This document shows, one piece after another, positions 13,509-26,698 of a stretch of DNA of 64,000 nt. A program made the position numbers and the translations under genes. The stretch covers positions 21,886,001 through 21,950,000 of the forward strand of contig OX597818.1 of assembly GCA_951406725.2 (NCBI GenBank), read 5' to 3'. The DNA comes from Octopus vulgaris. Lineage: Eukaryota. Position 1 is the first letter of the stretch. Every line of letters begins with the position of its first letter. The notes under the pieces were generated by a model. It saw only the letters and a program-made list of their open reading frames with translations, had not been told where the DNA came from and ran no database searches.

Positions 13509-14393
13509 GAACAAATTTTTTTCTTCTCTCTCAGAAATGATTGCAATAAGTGCCCATTGATAACAGAATTGGTGGAATAGTATGTTGCATTTAGTTACCA
13601 TCCGAGTTCAAATCCTACTACTATATTTGACTTTACAGTTCCTCCTTCTGATAACTACTTTCTTATAAAATAATTAACAGAACATCAATTGGTGTTAGTA
13701 TGTGTATATATATATATATATATATATGCAACTATCTCCCTCTTCTACCACAATGTTTAACTTGTGTCTATGTTTCAAAAAAAAATAATTATACTAAAAT
13801 TGATTTGCTCAACTGAACACTTATTCTAAAAGAAAGGAAAAAAAAGAGAAAAAAGTCTATCATATATCTGCTGAAATAGTGTGATTATTAGATGGTTGGT
13901 TTATTTGTTTATCAAAAATTAATTGTTTTTTTAACAAAATATTATTTGTTTAGAGAAAATAATATATTTTAGAGGAATTCTTTTTCTTTTTTTTTTTACT
14001 TATAGAATTTCTATTGGGTTCTCTGCAAAATGTTGGGGTTGTTAGTGGTGGTAGTAGGAACTTTACTTAAAGCAAAATAAAACAAAGAAAAAAAGAACTG
14101 AAGTTAACAGCAAAAGGAAAAAGTGTTTCTACATCCTTCCTAGTTCTTTTCTCATCTCTGGTTGTGAGTAATACACCACTACATAAACTTATTCCTTTCT
14201 TTCAATAGTCTGTGACAGAAAGAAAGAGAGAGAGAGGAGAGAGAAAGAGAGAAAGATAAAAAAAGAAAGTAAGATAGAGAGAAAGTGGTGGTGGGGAACT
14301 GTGGTAGACACAAAAAGTGTTTTATGAGCATGCTGTAATATTTAGCCAGCACACAACACATACTCACACGCATTTACACACAAACACACAAAT

Positions 14394-14515
14394 TTCGCCA
14401 AGTTGGCGCGCACACTATATGTTATGTTAGGAGGTAGTATTTGTGTGAGTATGTGTGTGTGTGTGCCTATCATTGTGATTGTGTGAAATGTTGGAAATAA
14501 ATACTACTGTCAGTC
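14394..14515 (+). promoter_or_regulatory. Candidate core promoter
   Basis: Rare CpG-containing palindrome CGCCAA-G-TTGGCG (14396-14408) overlapping E2F-like TTGGCGCG, a GA-rich tract upstream (14220-14285), and Inr-like TCAGTC at 14510-14515. Confidence 0.3.
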
Positions 14516-14939
14516 GGATCAACAAACCAGAAGATCTCTGTGTTTCTGCAGTTGTTGACTGACCCACTCCACTCTCTGACAGTCCTCTCCCACAAGAACA
14601 AATACAGGGAGCTGCTTTGGTTGAAAGCAACATCACCTCTCTCCCTCATCTCACTCCACCCTCATGCTCCACCCCTATGCTGTAAGGAACTTCTCTGTAC
14701 ACACACTCTTGGGACCTACCAGATTACTGTTTTGTTGTTGCTGCTGCTAGTGCTGTTGTTATTGGTTTGTCTTCTTCTTAACCTTAACTTTTACAACCAG
14801 TTGGAGAGTATATCGTATAGTAGTAGTGGTGGTAATAGTAGTAGTAGTTGTGCTGTTGAATCAGTTATGAAGTTAAAGCAATGGGTATTATCTGTTATTG
14901 ATGATAGACCATGCAACAGTTGATAGAAGCACTATATAG
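14511..14939 (+). other. Candidate first (5'UTR-like) exon
   Basis: Sequence not matching the window's interspersed repeats, ending in a perfect donor AG|GTGAGT (GT at 14940-14941). No convincing protein. Confidence 0.35.
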
Positions 14940-15034
14940 GTGAGTTGTACATTTTTATCTTTTTTTCTCACTTTCACTCATTCTATAAATGTTCTCATTT
15001 AAAATACACACACACTATCCCTCTCTCTCTCTCA

Positions 15035-15084
<50 letters not shown>

Positions 15085-18000
15085 TGTATTCTATCGTACT
15101 TGGTTAAACTAAGAATGGGACCTTTCTCTCAGGAATTACTTACTAATTTATTATTGCTGTCCAATCCATGGAAAATGGACATTAAATTAGGATGATCATT
15201 ATCATCTCATTTACAATGAAAATAATCTTTTTTTCTTCTTTGCTCTATACATAACTGTCTGAAAGTGCGTGTGTGTGTTTATATATAGCATAAATATACA
15301 CCAGCACACGTACACATATCCATACACATTCATTTATATACATACATGTATTAGCTGATCACACGCTTGTACCAAGTTATTGATTCCTTACTCTGTACCA
15401 CTTGTCCTTTCACATATAGATGTGGAGTAAAAAATACAAACATTAATCTTTCTATATGTCTGACTATATGTGTGTACATATATGTATGTAAGCTGGTCTC
15501 ATTCCCAGACATTGATCACCACTATATTTATTTGTTATCAACTGTAAATCCTAGCCACAGATTTGTGTATGTCAGTCTGTCTGTTCTACTTATGTAAGCA
15601 AGTGTATAAATATGTATATCTATATGTGAGTATGTGCAGAGAGAGAGAGAGAAAAGTTCATATGTAAGACACTTATAACTGGCCTGAGAGGAAAATATTC
15701 ACTGGTTATATACTTTCATTATCCTTTTTGGTTATCTCTTTATGTAGTATAGAAGCTTGCATATTCTATCAAACTGCATGACCGTTTGAACTGTCACTTT
15801 CACTATTATCTACTACTACTACTACTACGATTATCAATCATCAGTAGTATTAACATTATCAACACCACTACTACTGTTACTAATAGTAGTAGTGGTGTTG
15901 ATAATTATAGTACTAGTGGTGATTGATTACAGTAGCAGTGATGGTGGTGGTAATGATAGTAGTAGTAATTGTAATGATATTTATTGGTAGGTGTATGTGA
16001 AAGTAGTTGTTAGTATTTGTTAAAACTAAAACTATCTGTACTGACTAAAGTGTAGCTGAACTACTATTAATGTACAACACGTGTGGGACTATTATTGCGT
16101 ATTTTGGATTGAAAGCAACTTAGAACCTAATGTTTTCTTCAGATACACCAATTATTTCTGTGTGTTTGTGAGTGTGTGCACGAGAGAGAGAGAGAGAGAG
16201 AGAGAGAGGAGGAGGAGGAGGGGAGAGAGAATATACTTTCATTTATGTGTGTTTATACATGAGTAATGTGTGTGTTTGTGAGTTTGTATTTGTATGAGTG
16301 AAAGTGGTTTGTATGTATAGCTGGGTAGTGGGCTGGTAGTGAGTTCAGAAAAATTTCTTTTTATTGTTGCTTTTTTTTTTGTTGTTCAATGAAAAATATT
16401 TTTTCAGTAGAAAAATAACAAACTCCTCTACCCATTCCATATCCATTCATAAAGTTACATTAATATGGTCCTTATGGATTTGAGTATACACCTGAGAGAG
16501 TAACAGTACTTAGGTTGTAATTGATGGATCCAGTTATGTTTATACTGTCTCTTATTAGGGTTTCAGAAGAACCAAGTTATAGTAATGAGAGCTTGGTATA
16601 GCTGAATGATTTGTCAGGAGATCAGTTAACCTGTCATGAAATTCATTAATAGCTTCTATCTTATCACTGATATTACATATGTCCTTGGCCTTATACTTAG
16701 TTCTTGGTGGTTGAGTTCACCTGTCGTTTAGCTTTATATCAGATTAGATTGATCAGTCTTCTGATCAAAAATGTACCAGCTGTGATCATCCTAATTTTAT
16801 TCAGACATAATGTATCTAAAGCAAGATTATTGATTGTCTCTTCTTTTCTCTTTTTTTTTTTTAAGATGGTAAGATGTGATTTGAGGGAGACTTGGCAGTT
16901 CTTTCTAGCATGTCTAGTGACTGCTTGGAAACACTCTTATTATTGACTTGTATACTTAGTAATGATTTTTAGATTCTTCTCATTGGTTCATAGATGGTAC
17001 ACTTCATTGCAGTAAGCAACAGTAGCACAGAGGAATTGATGAGTGATTATTGGCCTGCAGTGTCCAATTTCAGTTCCTCCTACAGAGAAAACTGGATGCA
17101 TTAGACCATTTGTCCTATTTAAAAAGAAAATTTATCTCATTTATCTTTGTTTAGTTATAGAAATAATTGTTTACTTTATCAAGTGTGAAGAGATAAAAGG
17201 CTATGTTGATCTCTCAATCATGAAGCAGCTGAAAGAAATATCTTGTCTGATAACCTCAGATTCTGTGTTAACTTATTAATTTATTAGTAAATTAATGAAT
17301 CAGATTTTTTTCTCCTGCCTACAACTGAAATATTGTGTATATCTGGTAATATGAAATATTACCTGAAATTTTCCAGACTTGAATGTCAGAACACAGAAAA
17401 TAAAACTTTTAAAATGTCAGCATAACCTTAGTAGAAATGCAGTAGCAAAACAGCATTAATCCAGGCTAAATACATAATAGTTTTCAGGTTCAAGCTCATC
17501 TAGGGTCAATTTGCCTTGCATTATTTGGCATTCATAAAAATAAGCATCAAGCATGGATTGGAATTTAGCTTACTATGTTCCTCCCCTAAAAATGTATACT
17601 TTCTGGCTAGTCTAAGAAATCACTAAATTCTGAAATGAAAATAGTGGAATGGTAGAAGTTCTGAGTTCAGATACCATCAAGGTTGATTTCACCTTACATT
17701 CTTCTGGGACCAATTCAGTAAACTACCCAGCATACATTGAGGCTGATTAAATCAGTTTGCAACAGGTTTATCACTGTGTGCAAATCTATGAAACTACATT
17801 TAAGTTCTGAATGATAGTAAAAATATCTTGGGTGACTGGTTTAGCGATTAGATGTTTTGTGAAGGCTTCAGATCATGAGGGTCCCTTTCAGGGAGCAGCA
17901 AGAATGGCATCTGGCTCTAGAAAATCTATCTCAACAAATTCTGTTCAACCCATGGAAAAGTAGATGTTAAAATGATGATGATGAATATATACATATAACA

Positions 18001-20689
18001 CATACATATAATATTTATGTGAGGGCACGATTAGGATGTTGGCTTCACAGTGGTTTCAATTTCCACTGGGCAGTTTGTTGTATCTTTGAGCATGACACTT
18101 CATATTGCATATTCCAGTTTCCTCAGCTAAGTGCTGGTGCAGCCCTCTTCCTCTGGCTATCATATCCTCAATGTACTGTTGGGTCACTTATGGGAGAACA
18201 GTGAGGGTACATATATCTATTCATGATGACATTGGTACCTAAAGCAGTTAGTGAAAGTGTAATACTATCAAGTAATATTCACTTGCAAATGATGACTGTG
18301 CTTTTTTTATATTTTTTATTTCTAATAAATATATTCATACATATGTATAAAATATATATACATGTAATCATTTGGATTCTCAAAACTGAAGGTGATTAAC
18401 AACTTCATGTTCTATCAAATCCAACATGTGAAACTTAATTATTTTTTGCTGGAGATATGAGTTTGAAGCAGTGTACTTCAGTTGCTGTATCTGCAGCACT
18501 TAATACATCACTTGAAAGTAAAATAAACATTGATGCCTGTGATGTATGATTCACAATGTGTTAATAAAGCCATGCGGAATTTACTGACATTTCTTTACTC
18601 TTTTACTGTCTTCACTTCAAGGGATTTTTTTTTAGGCTTTCACCCAACCCCACATTTTACAGTTGTATATTTGCATGCTAAAATAAGATTTATCCATTTA
18701 AGCTCTAGTAGGAGACACTTAAGGTGCTGAGCAGTGTGATTGAACATGAATTCCCATGAATGTGAAGTAAACTTCTTAACCACACAGCCATGTCTGCCCT
18801 TACATATATTATATGGGTGGGGGTGGGGAGACAAGCATGACTAGCTGAATGGTTAAGAAGTTCGCTTCACAATGTTACAGTCCCAGGTTCAACCCTGTTG
18901 TGTTATGTTGGGCGAGTGCTTTTGTCATAGCCTTGGATTAACTATAGCCTTCTGAGTAAATTTGGGTTGCTAGAAAGTGTATAGAAGTGTGTTTGATAGA
19001 ATGTACTCATACGTCAACTTCACAGATCCGCAGTACGTCATACTGATTCTATTTGCGATTTTCATGAGATACACATATCTGTGGAATGGTCTGCCACTTT
19101 GCACTTTAATTCAATAAGAAAGTTGTTCAGTTAATCAAACAACTGGACATGTCTATGTTGGAATCAGAGAGAGTTCATCACATACAATACACACACACAC
19201 ACACACAAATTAATCACCAAAATGAAAATCCAATGTCATTGCTAAATTCACCTGTTCACACTAGTGTGTGTGTGTGTGTGTTATATTTGATGATCTGTGA
19301 TTAAATCAGGTCAAAAGGTAAATGTAGATAACACAAAAGATGAAGTTAATTCTCTGACTAATCTATATTATTCATAGAGATAAAATAAGTTCATACCTAG
19401 TTTGTCACAATTTCTATTTTGTTTTCTTTGCTTTTTTTGAAGATGTCTTTTTAAAGTTTGTTTTTTACTGTCTGTAAATTTATATATTATTTTAAATAGC
19501 CCTTTTACCTTTGTCTTGTACTATATACTCAGGGTGGGGGTTCGTGATGTTTTTTTCTTTTCTGTAAAGCAAACAGTATTAGAAGATATCAAATTACTTA
19601 AACAAGCAGGGTATCATATCACCATGCAGCATGACTATTAAACCTGTGTATAAATGTATATATTTTTTTTCTTTTTTTAATTAATTGCTGAACATTTTCA
19701 TATAAAATACAATAAAACATATATTGCCAGTCTTCTTACTGGAAAAAACAACCAATTTTCCCTCAAATCACACTTTACCATGTTAGATCAAGTACATCAG
19801 ATAATGTAATCCTATACACCTTTAAAAAAGAAAAAGCAGGATGTTTATGGCTAGAATTCCTTTGATCATTAGTCTGCTCAATCACTGTCCACTTAACAAC
19901 AACAATAATTATTTAAGAGAAGAATAATGAACAATCATATCACAAGGGCTGAAACCACTTCACATACAATAGTGTACCCTATGTTCTGAAACTGTATACT
20001 TAAAAACACGCACAGACATGTCTATGTTTTTTGTTAATCACAAGGGGCTGGGGAGCCGGTGCTTATCTCAAGTTCCTCAGGGCATAAAGTGAATGAGAGG
20101 TGTATATCTTCCCTTGGATAGGACATGGTACATTGCAGTTAACTTTCCCAGCAGGAGAAATTGAATTCAACACTGTAAGCTAAGTGGCAGTATTACTGTT
20201 TACAGTAGTAAACTAGGCCACCTTGCATGAGAAACTTCTTGGATCTTAAAGGTTTCAACTGTTCTGATTCAGACACAACAGAAATCTGTAAAGGAACATC
20301 CCATTGTTCAATATATTGTTTCAGCCACAAAAAGAAAAAAATTTTTTCCCTTTAACCCAATCACATATTGGATCACTGCTGATCTAGGTTTCTAAACCAC
20401 AATCACAAACACTAATTTTTTTCATTCAGGAAGGCGTTGTTACTTTGTTGTATTATGAATTTTATTTATCTTGTTCTGACAACATAATTTAAGTTAATCT
20501 CTTATCATTTATAATTAATAATAATTAATCAATGATCTGGGTTTCCTTAAAACCACACAAATTTATATAATCATAAAGGAGGAGGTGTAGTTTAAATAAA
20601 TCACTAATCAATTGATGTTTCAGACCTTATATTAAATACAAATACATACATAAAAAGAAAGGTATTAAGAGGATTATTGTTGTCTTTGT

Positions 20690-20890
20690 TGTTATTTAGC
20701 CACAAGTTTACTCTGATCAAACAGTTTTTTGATCCAAGACATTCCAGCCATGACCAATCTGTCTTTAGTTTAAAATAATTCTACATTATTTAATGCATCT
20801 TTGCTTTATTTAAGATGGCTAGATGTAATTTGAGCAAGTTTTAGCTGCTGTTTCTAGCAGGTTAAATGAGTGACTGTATGGAAGCTCCTT
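20690..20890 (+). repeat. Representative of an old, unclassified dispersed repeat family
   Basis: Motifs GATCAA(A)GACATTCCAGCCATGACCA and GTGATTTGAG..GCTGCT(A/G)TTTCTAGCAGGT recur eroded at ~3530-3660, 6140-6330, 9900-10010, 16700-16950, 19730-19900, 29890-30100, 36970-37180, 40170-40330 and 49340-49600. Confidence 0.6.
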
Positions 20891-21544
20891 TGTAACCTCA
20901 GTGAGTAATGGTTGATTCGGATGGTTGATACTGCTTGTCTGTAATGTCTTCTTCATATTCTGATATTTGAAATAAAAAAAAAAAACTGACAAAAAAACAA
21001 ATCTGTTTTTTTACACTACAAGGCTTGCCTAACTGCCATTAAAGGATACCCTAGGGATGAATTAACAGATGTTACTGCTAGGAATGGGGCCATTATTAAA
21101 CAAATCTGAGCACCAGCCTTTGGTGACACACCACTGCTAATAATAAATTTAAAGATATAAAAATGTTAGAAGAAATAAGGGTACACTGCTTGAAGTCAAA
21201 AAATATCTTATTTTCTCTTACTCTTCTATCTTTTTACTGGTATCAGTCATTGTACTGAGGCCATGCTAGAGCAAGTGTTTTTAGTCAAGTATAATCCTTA
21301 TTTCAGTTGGGTATTTATTTTATTGATCTTTATTTGTTGCACTGTTAAGTTATTGGACATAAAGGACACACTATAGACAACAATGGTTTTTAGTTGTAAA
21401 CAAAAATGCACATACTATCTCCCTTTCACATGTCATACATGCATGTGCACACACACATACACCCACACACACACACTCTCTCTCTTTCTCTCTCCCTCTC
21501 TCTCTTTTTCTCACTCTCTCTATTTCTCTCTTTCACATATATAC

Positions 21545-21710
21545 ATGCACACATGATGGGCTTCTTTTAGTTTCTGCCTACCAAATCCACTCACATGGTT
21601 TTGGTCAGCCTAGGGCTATAGTAAAAGGCACTTGCCCAAGGCGCCATACATTGGCACTAAACCCAAACCCATATGGTTTGAAGGCAAGCTCCTTACCACA
21701 CAGCTATGCC
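21545..21710 (-). mobile_element. SINE family B, head and core portion
   Basis: Reverse complement GGCATAGCTGTGTGGTAAGGAGCTTGCC..CCTTGGGCAAGTGCCTTTTACTATAGCCC..GTGGATTTGGTAGGCAGAAACT; tail remnant at ~21210-21400. Confidence 0.8.
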
Positions 21711-21730
21711 TATATATATATATATATATA

Positions 21731-21795
21731 GGGGGCCATCTGACCATGAAGAGGCTACAGACAGACAGACGGACATAATGCCCATTATAATAAGA
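21731..21795 (-). mobile_element. Helitron-like 5' terminus fragment
   Basis: Minus strand reads A|TCTTATTATAATGGGCATTATGTCCGTCTGTCTGTCTG: a TC start after A, followed by (CTGT)n, as in non-autonomous Helitrons. Confidence 0.5.
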
Positions 21796-21811
21796 TATAT
21801 ATATATATTAT

Positions 21812-21905
21812 CCAATCTTGCCAATTGGTTTCGTGCCAGGTATTCAATGGAGCATTAAGTAACAATCCTTTGAATCCCTGGTGCAAAACCAATTGGTAAG
21901 ATTGG
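21812..21905. repeat. 40-bp inverted repeat with 14-nt loop, hammerhead-derived
   Basis: Arms 21812-21851 and 21866-21905 match at 34/40 positions. Each carries a (G)AAAC-CAATTG-G(T/C)A-AGATTGG module. Confidence 0.85.
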
Positions 21906-22014
21906 CTGTAATGGATATATAATACTGTACACTTTGGATAATATACCCGCTCTTCTGACAGTCATACAAGCGAGTCCATATTTTCCTAACTTACAGTCTC
22001 TCAGACGACTCACA

Positions 22015-22016
<2 letters not shown>

Positions 22017-22062
<46 letters not shown>

Positions 22063-22325
22063 ATTATGTATGTATGTATATTATGTATGTATGTATATTA
22101 TATATATATGTATGTATGTATATTATATATATATGTATGTATGTATATTATATATATATATATGTATGTATGTATATTTATATATATATATGTATGTATG
22201 TATATTATATATATATATATGTATGTATGTATATTATATATATATATATGTATGTATGTATATTATATATATATGTATGTATGTATATTATATATATATG
22301 TATGTTTGTATATTATATATGTATG

Positions 22326-22380
<55 letters not shown>
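22017..22380. repeat. Compound (TA)n/(TATG)n minisatellite
   Basis: Higher-order units GTATGTATGTATATT(AT)n between (TA)n tracts, ending in (GATA)n. Explains the YI/MYV ORFs. Confidence 0.95.
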
Positions 22381-22383
<3 letters not shown>

Positions 22384-22702
22384 ATCTCTGTCAGTTTTGA
22401 CAATGACTGTTCCAATTTTCTGATCAAATGAATGGCCTATCCATTGAATTAGAGTGTGAAGGACTGAGTACTTCACAGAGACATTGTACCCATAACATAA
22501 TTTTCTGAGAGAATCAGTGTGAAAATGTAAGAAGGCAGGCCTTTGAATTACGAGTTTAATCCATTAAACAAGCTTTCAAATAGTTTCTGTCTACCTTATT
22601 TCACTTAGAAGGCTTGAGTCAAAGATGTCATGCTGTGGATCAAATCCAAGAAGTCTGTGCTGGTGAAGTGAACTTCTTAATCATTCAGCCATTTCCGTGT
22701 TG

Positions 22703-22705
<3 letters not shown>

Positions 22706-22764
<59 letters not shown>
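22706..22764. repeat. (GT)n microsatellite
   Basis: Long uninterrupted GT run. Confidence 0.95.
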
Positions 22765-22767
<3 letters not shown>

Positions 22768-23215
22768 GGAGAGAGAGGGAAACCGAGAATTGATATATTT
22801 TAAATGTACACAACCACAAATAAATTCTGTAATTTTCTGTGATTTATTCTCTATTGTCAGTAACCTGGGGTACCTAACTACTTTGCTGTATTACAACCAT
22901 CCCCAACTCTCTTAACTATATTAAGTAGAAACTTTTCAATGTATCTTATCACTTGTAAATCTACACTAAGCCCACTTCAGTTTTAACCAGGTTTTCTTGT
23001 TTTTATTAAAGTATTTAATTTTTAAACACACAAAAAAAAAGTTTAAACTAAAAAGTAAATAGGCATTTTACATATAAATTCACACACACACACACCATTT
23101 ATTCCCATGATCCTTTCTCACCTACTGCAAGGTGTGTGAACCACATTTTTACCATCACTTTATTATATTGGTGACATAGTGAAAGTCTTCAGACAATAAT
23201 GGGAAAATCAATATT

Positions 23216-24755
23216 CATCATCATCATCATCATTTAACGTCTGTTGTCCATGCTGGCATAGGTTGGATGGTTTGACTGGGCTGGCACGCTGGAAGGCTGT
23301 GCTAGGATCCAGTCTGATTTGGCATGGTTTTCTATGGCTGGATGCCCTTCCTCACACCAACCACTCTGAGAGTGTAATGGGTGCTTTTACATGCCACCAG
23401 CACAGGTGCCATTTGTGTAACACCACTATCTGCCATGACCACAATTTTGCTCAGTTTGAAGGGTCTTCTCAAGCATGACATAATGCCAAAGGTCTTGGTC
23501 ATTGCCTCCATGAGGCCCAACACTTGAAAGGAGCTCAGCCACTTTGCCTCCATGAGGCCCAATGCTCAAAAGGAACTCAGCCACCTCACCTCCATGAGGC
23601 CCAATGCTCAAAAGGAACTCAGCCACTTTGCCTCTAGGAGGCCCAACATTTGAAAGAAACCCATCACTTTGCCTCCATCATGCCCAACACTTGAAAGGTA
23701 CTCAGCCTCTTTGCCTCCATGAGGCCTGACATTCAAAAGTTGATTTGCTTTTTGCATGCCACCAGCACAGGTGCACTTGGCTTCATGGGTCCTGTTAAGC
23801 TGAGCTCATCACCAAAGGTCTTGGTCCCTAGTCATTGCCTGTGAAGTTCAAAGTTCGAAGTCATGCCTTACCGCCTCATCCCATGTCTTCTTGTGTCTAC
23901 TTCTACCACAGGTCCCCTCCACAGTTAGAGGTCAGCACTTCTTTACATGACTGTCCTCGTCCATACACATCACATGACCATACCAGTGCCTCTTATACCT
24001 AACTTTTCTCTCAAAATGCTTACACTCTGTCAAACATACACACTGACATTGCACATCCAGTGAAGCATACTGGCTTCATTTCTCTCAAGTCTATGCATGT
24101 GCTCAGCTGTTATAGCCCATGTTTCATTGCCATGCAGTAAAGCTGTTCACCTACAGGCATCAAACAATCTGCCTTTCACTCTGAGGGAGAAGCCCTTTGT
24201 TGCCAGCTGAGGTAGGAGCTCTCTGAACTTTGCCCAGCCTAATCTCATTCTCACAGCTACGCTCTCAGAACAACCAACTCCACTACTAACCTGGTCACCT
24301 AAATACCGGAAGTTATCTACTACTTCTAGCTTGCCACCCTGGTAGTTGAGGGAGTCTATTTTCCACACATGTTCACCATTTATTATACCTGTGCACCTTC
24401 CACATACAAAAGTTAGTTTCTCTGTTAACCTTCCTTTGTTGCTGCACGTTTTGTGTGTCCAAAGCTTACACTGAATGCATCTTTTGGAGTTTCTGCCTAC
24501 ACCTTTTCTACAGATTGAGCAGGACCATCTACCCGAGTGGATTTGTGATATGTTTGCCTTTCTACTTACTATGACTTTGGTTTTTGCTAGGTTAACTCTA
24601 AGGCCCTTTGATTCTAGACTTTGTTTCCATATCTGGAATTTTGTCTCTAACTTAGGTAGTGATTAAGCTATAAGAGCAAGGTCATCGGCATAGAGGAGCT
24701 CCCAGGGGCATCCTGCCTTGAATTCCTCCGTTATTGACTGGAGGACTATGATAAA
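23216..24755 (-). mobile_element. 5'-truncated RTE-clade LINE (RT C-terminal half, 3'UTR, (GAT)n tail)
   Basis: Minus strand reads FIIVLQSITEEFKAGCPWELLYADDLALIA* (YADD at 24681-24692), GLRVNLAKTKV, VVDNFRYLG, WAKFRELLP, WYGHVMCM, GRSRHKKTW. It has in-frame stops and ends ..GACGTTAAATGATGATGATG. Confidence 0.93.
23504..23738. repeat. 42-bp minisatellite (~5.5 copies) in the RTE 3'UTR
   Basis: Unit GCCTCCATGAGGCCCAACACTTGAAAGGAGCTCAGCCACTTT with drifting copies and no spacers. Confidence 0.9.
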
Positions 24756-24889
24756 ACTCCAGGTTCCAAACTAAACAAATAAACTTATAAGGAAGTAAAT
24801 ATAAAAACTCCTTAACAAAAAGAAAAGATCAAATTTAAGCATAGTTATATCTTTAGTATAACATATACACATGCACATGTATATATGTC

Positions 24890-25216
24890 ATGAAGGCATG
24901 TGACTTAGAAGTTAGGGCATTTAGCTCACGATCGTCACGTTGTGAGTTCAATTCCCAACAGGGCATCGTGTCCTTGAGCAAGACACTTTATTTCAAGTGG
25001 TTCCAGGTCACCCAGCTGGCAGAAATGAGTTGCTCTTGTAATTCAAAGGGCCAGCATTGTCACATTCTGTCGTGCTAGATCTCCCTGAGAGCTTCGTTAA
25101 GGGTATACATATTTGTGGAGTATTCAGCCACTTCCATGTTAATTTCAAGAGTAAGCTAGCTGTTCTGTTGATCAGATCAACTGGAACACTCATTGTCATA
25201 TCCAACAGAGAGCCAG
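24890..25216 (+). mobile_element. SINE family C (tRNA head, CORE-like domain), older full-length copy
   Basis: B-box GAGTTCAATTCC, GTGTCCTTGAGCAAGACACTTTA core, and a tail matching 38496-38705. Confidence 0.85.
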
Positions 25217-26095
25217 TATAATATAATATATGCACATATTAATTTGATCCTAGTACAAGCATGCTTCAACTTATGTTTGTCACTGGTTCCAAGACATGCA
25301 GCATAATTCAAAAATGAAGTAATATGAGAAACATTTATCAGCTCATATCTGTTTTAATAAATGCTTTATGCATATTCTAACATGTATTGTATTTGATTTT
25401 CCTCTTCACTATTAGTTTTTAGTTGCTTTTTTTATTCTTTTAAATATTTTTGCTGTGCTTGACGTAAAGTCAGACAAATTGACTGAAGCTGCAGTTTCGT
25501 TTTTCCATTAAATTCATTGAAAATGATGTAAAATTAGAAATGACATCACTCAAAAAAAAGGCAAACTGGGGTATGCCTGCACTTGTTTGGTACAAGGCCT
25601 GATTTTCTTTTTCTTTTATCAGTCCTGGAAGGATAGGAAAGCAAATTTGACCTTCATGAGATTTGAATTTTGAGTGTAAAGAATATGTACAAAATACTTA
25701 GCTGTATGTGTTCCAACTATCTGAGTTTTGCATTTAAACCCCACTAAGTCTGCTTTGATTTTTACCACTAATTATATTTTACTGTGGTCTATCTATGTGA
25801 CTATAAATCAAAAGCTAGAGTTCCTGAGCTAGTCTCATATTGTCAACTTTGTTTTGACATCTCTTGTAATGACACCAATACCAAACTGTATTGGTACTTG
25901 TCTTCCCTTGATGAAAATCATCAGTAGCATGGAGAAGGGAGACCTGTTGAATTGGCAGTTATTGGTCTTTCATACAGTCCACTATCATTTTACCTTGCTC
26001 TAGCAACACAGATCAATGCAAACCTTTCCAGGTGCAGATCCATAGCCCCACATATAGATGCCAAAGATAGACAAAGGGTGTACGCACGCGCGCGC

Positions 26096-26096
<1 letters not shown>

Positions 26097-26145
<49 letters not shown>
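26097..26145. repeat. (CA)n microsatellite
   Basis: Long CA run preceded by a short (CG)n. Confidence 0.95.
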
Positions 26146-26147
<2 letters not shown>

Positions 26148-26698
26148 GCCTACCTACCTAATTTTCTTTGGGAACAAAATTACTTGTTTAATGTTGATCA
26201 TATTCACCACCTGCAGGAGCAGCCCAAACACTGCCAGACTACCATGGGACAGATGCCCTGTTAACAGCACCCATTGACTATCTTAGTATACTATGTATTT
26301 CTATTTGTATATATGTATGCGGATATGTGTTTGTTAGAGTATAAGAAGGGAAAAAGAAGAAACCTTAAGAAATAAGATACCCCATTAATTTGTGTAAATA
26401 AAGGTAAAATTTGCCCTTTTAACAACCTTTTTTTACCAAACGGTGAATTTTATTGATTCATTTATTTATTTACTTTATTTTTATTTACTTATTTTTTTAT
26501 TCATGTTACATGAGGCAAAACTGGGTTAGAATGTATCTGAATACCTCCTGTGGGAATCTGATATTAATTATTCAATACTGGATGAAATTTCATTTAAATA
26601 TTCAACCAAACTCTTGGCCTTTTTGTGAGTGTGTTTAAGTGCACTCTCTTTTTGGTCCAATGTGAACACATATTAGTTGTTAGTATTTTATATTATTT

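Noticed and set aside
21934-22476. Long ORFs rich in Y, I, M, V and C
   Set aside because: Translations of the (TA)/(TATG) minisatellite.
23504-23738. CRISPR-like array
   Set aside because: Contiguous tandem units without unique spacers, inside a eukaryotic LINE 3'UTR, with no cas genes.
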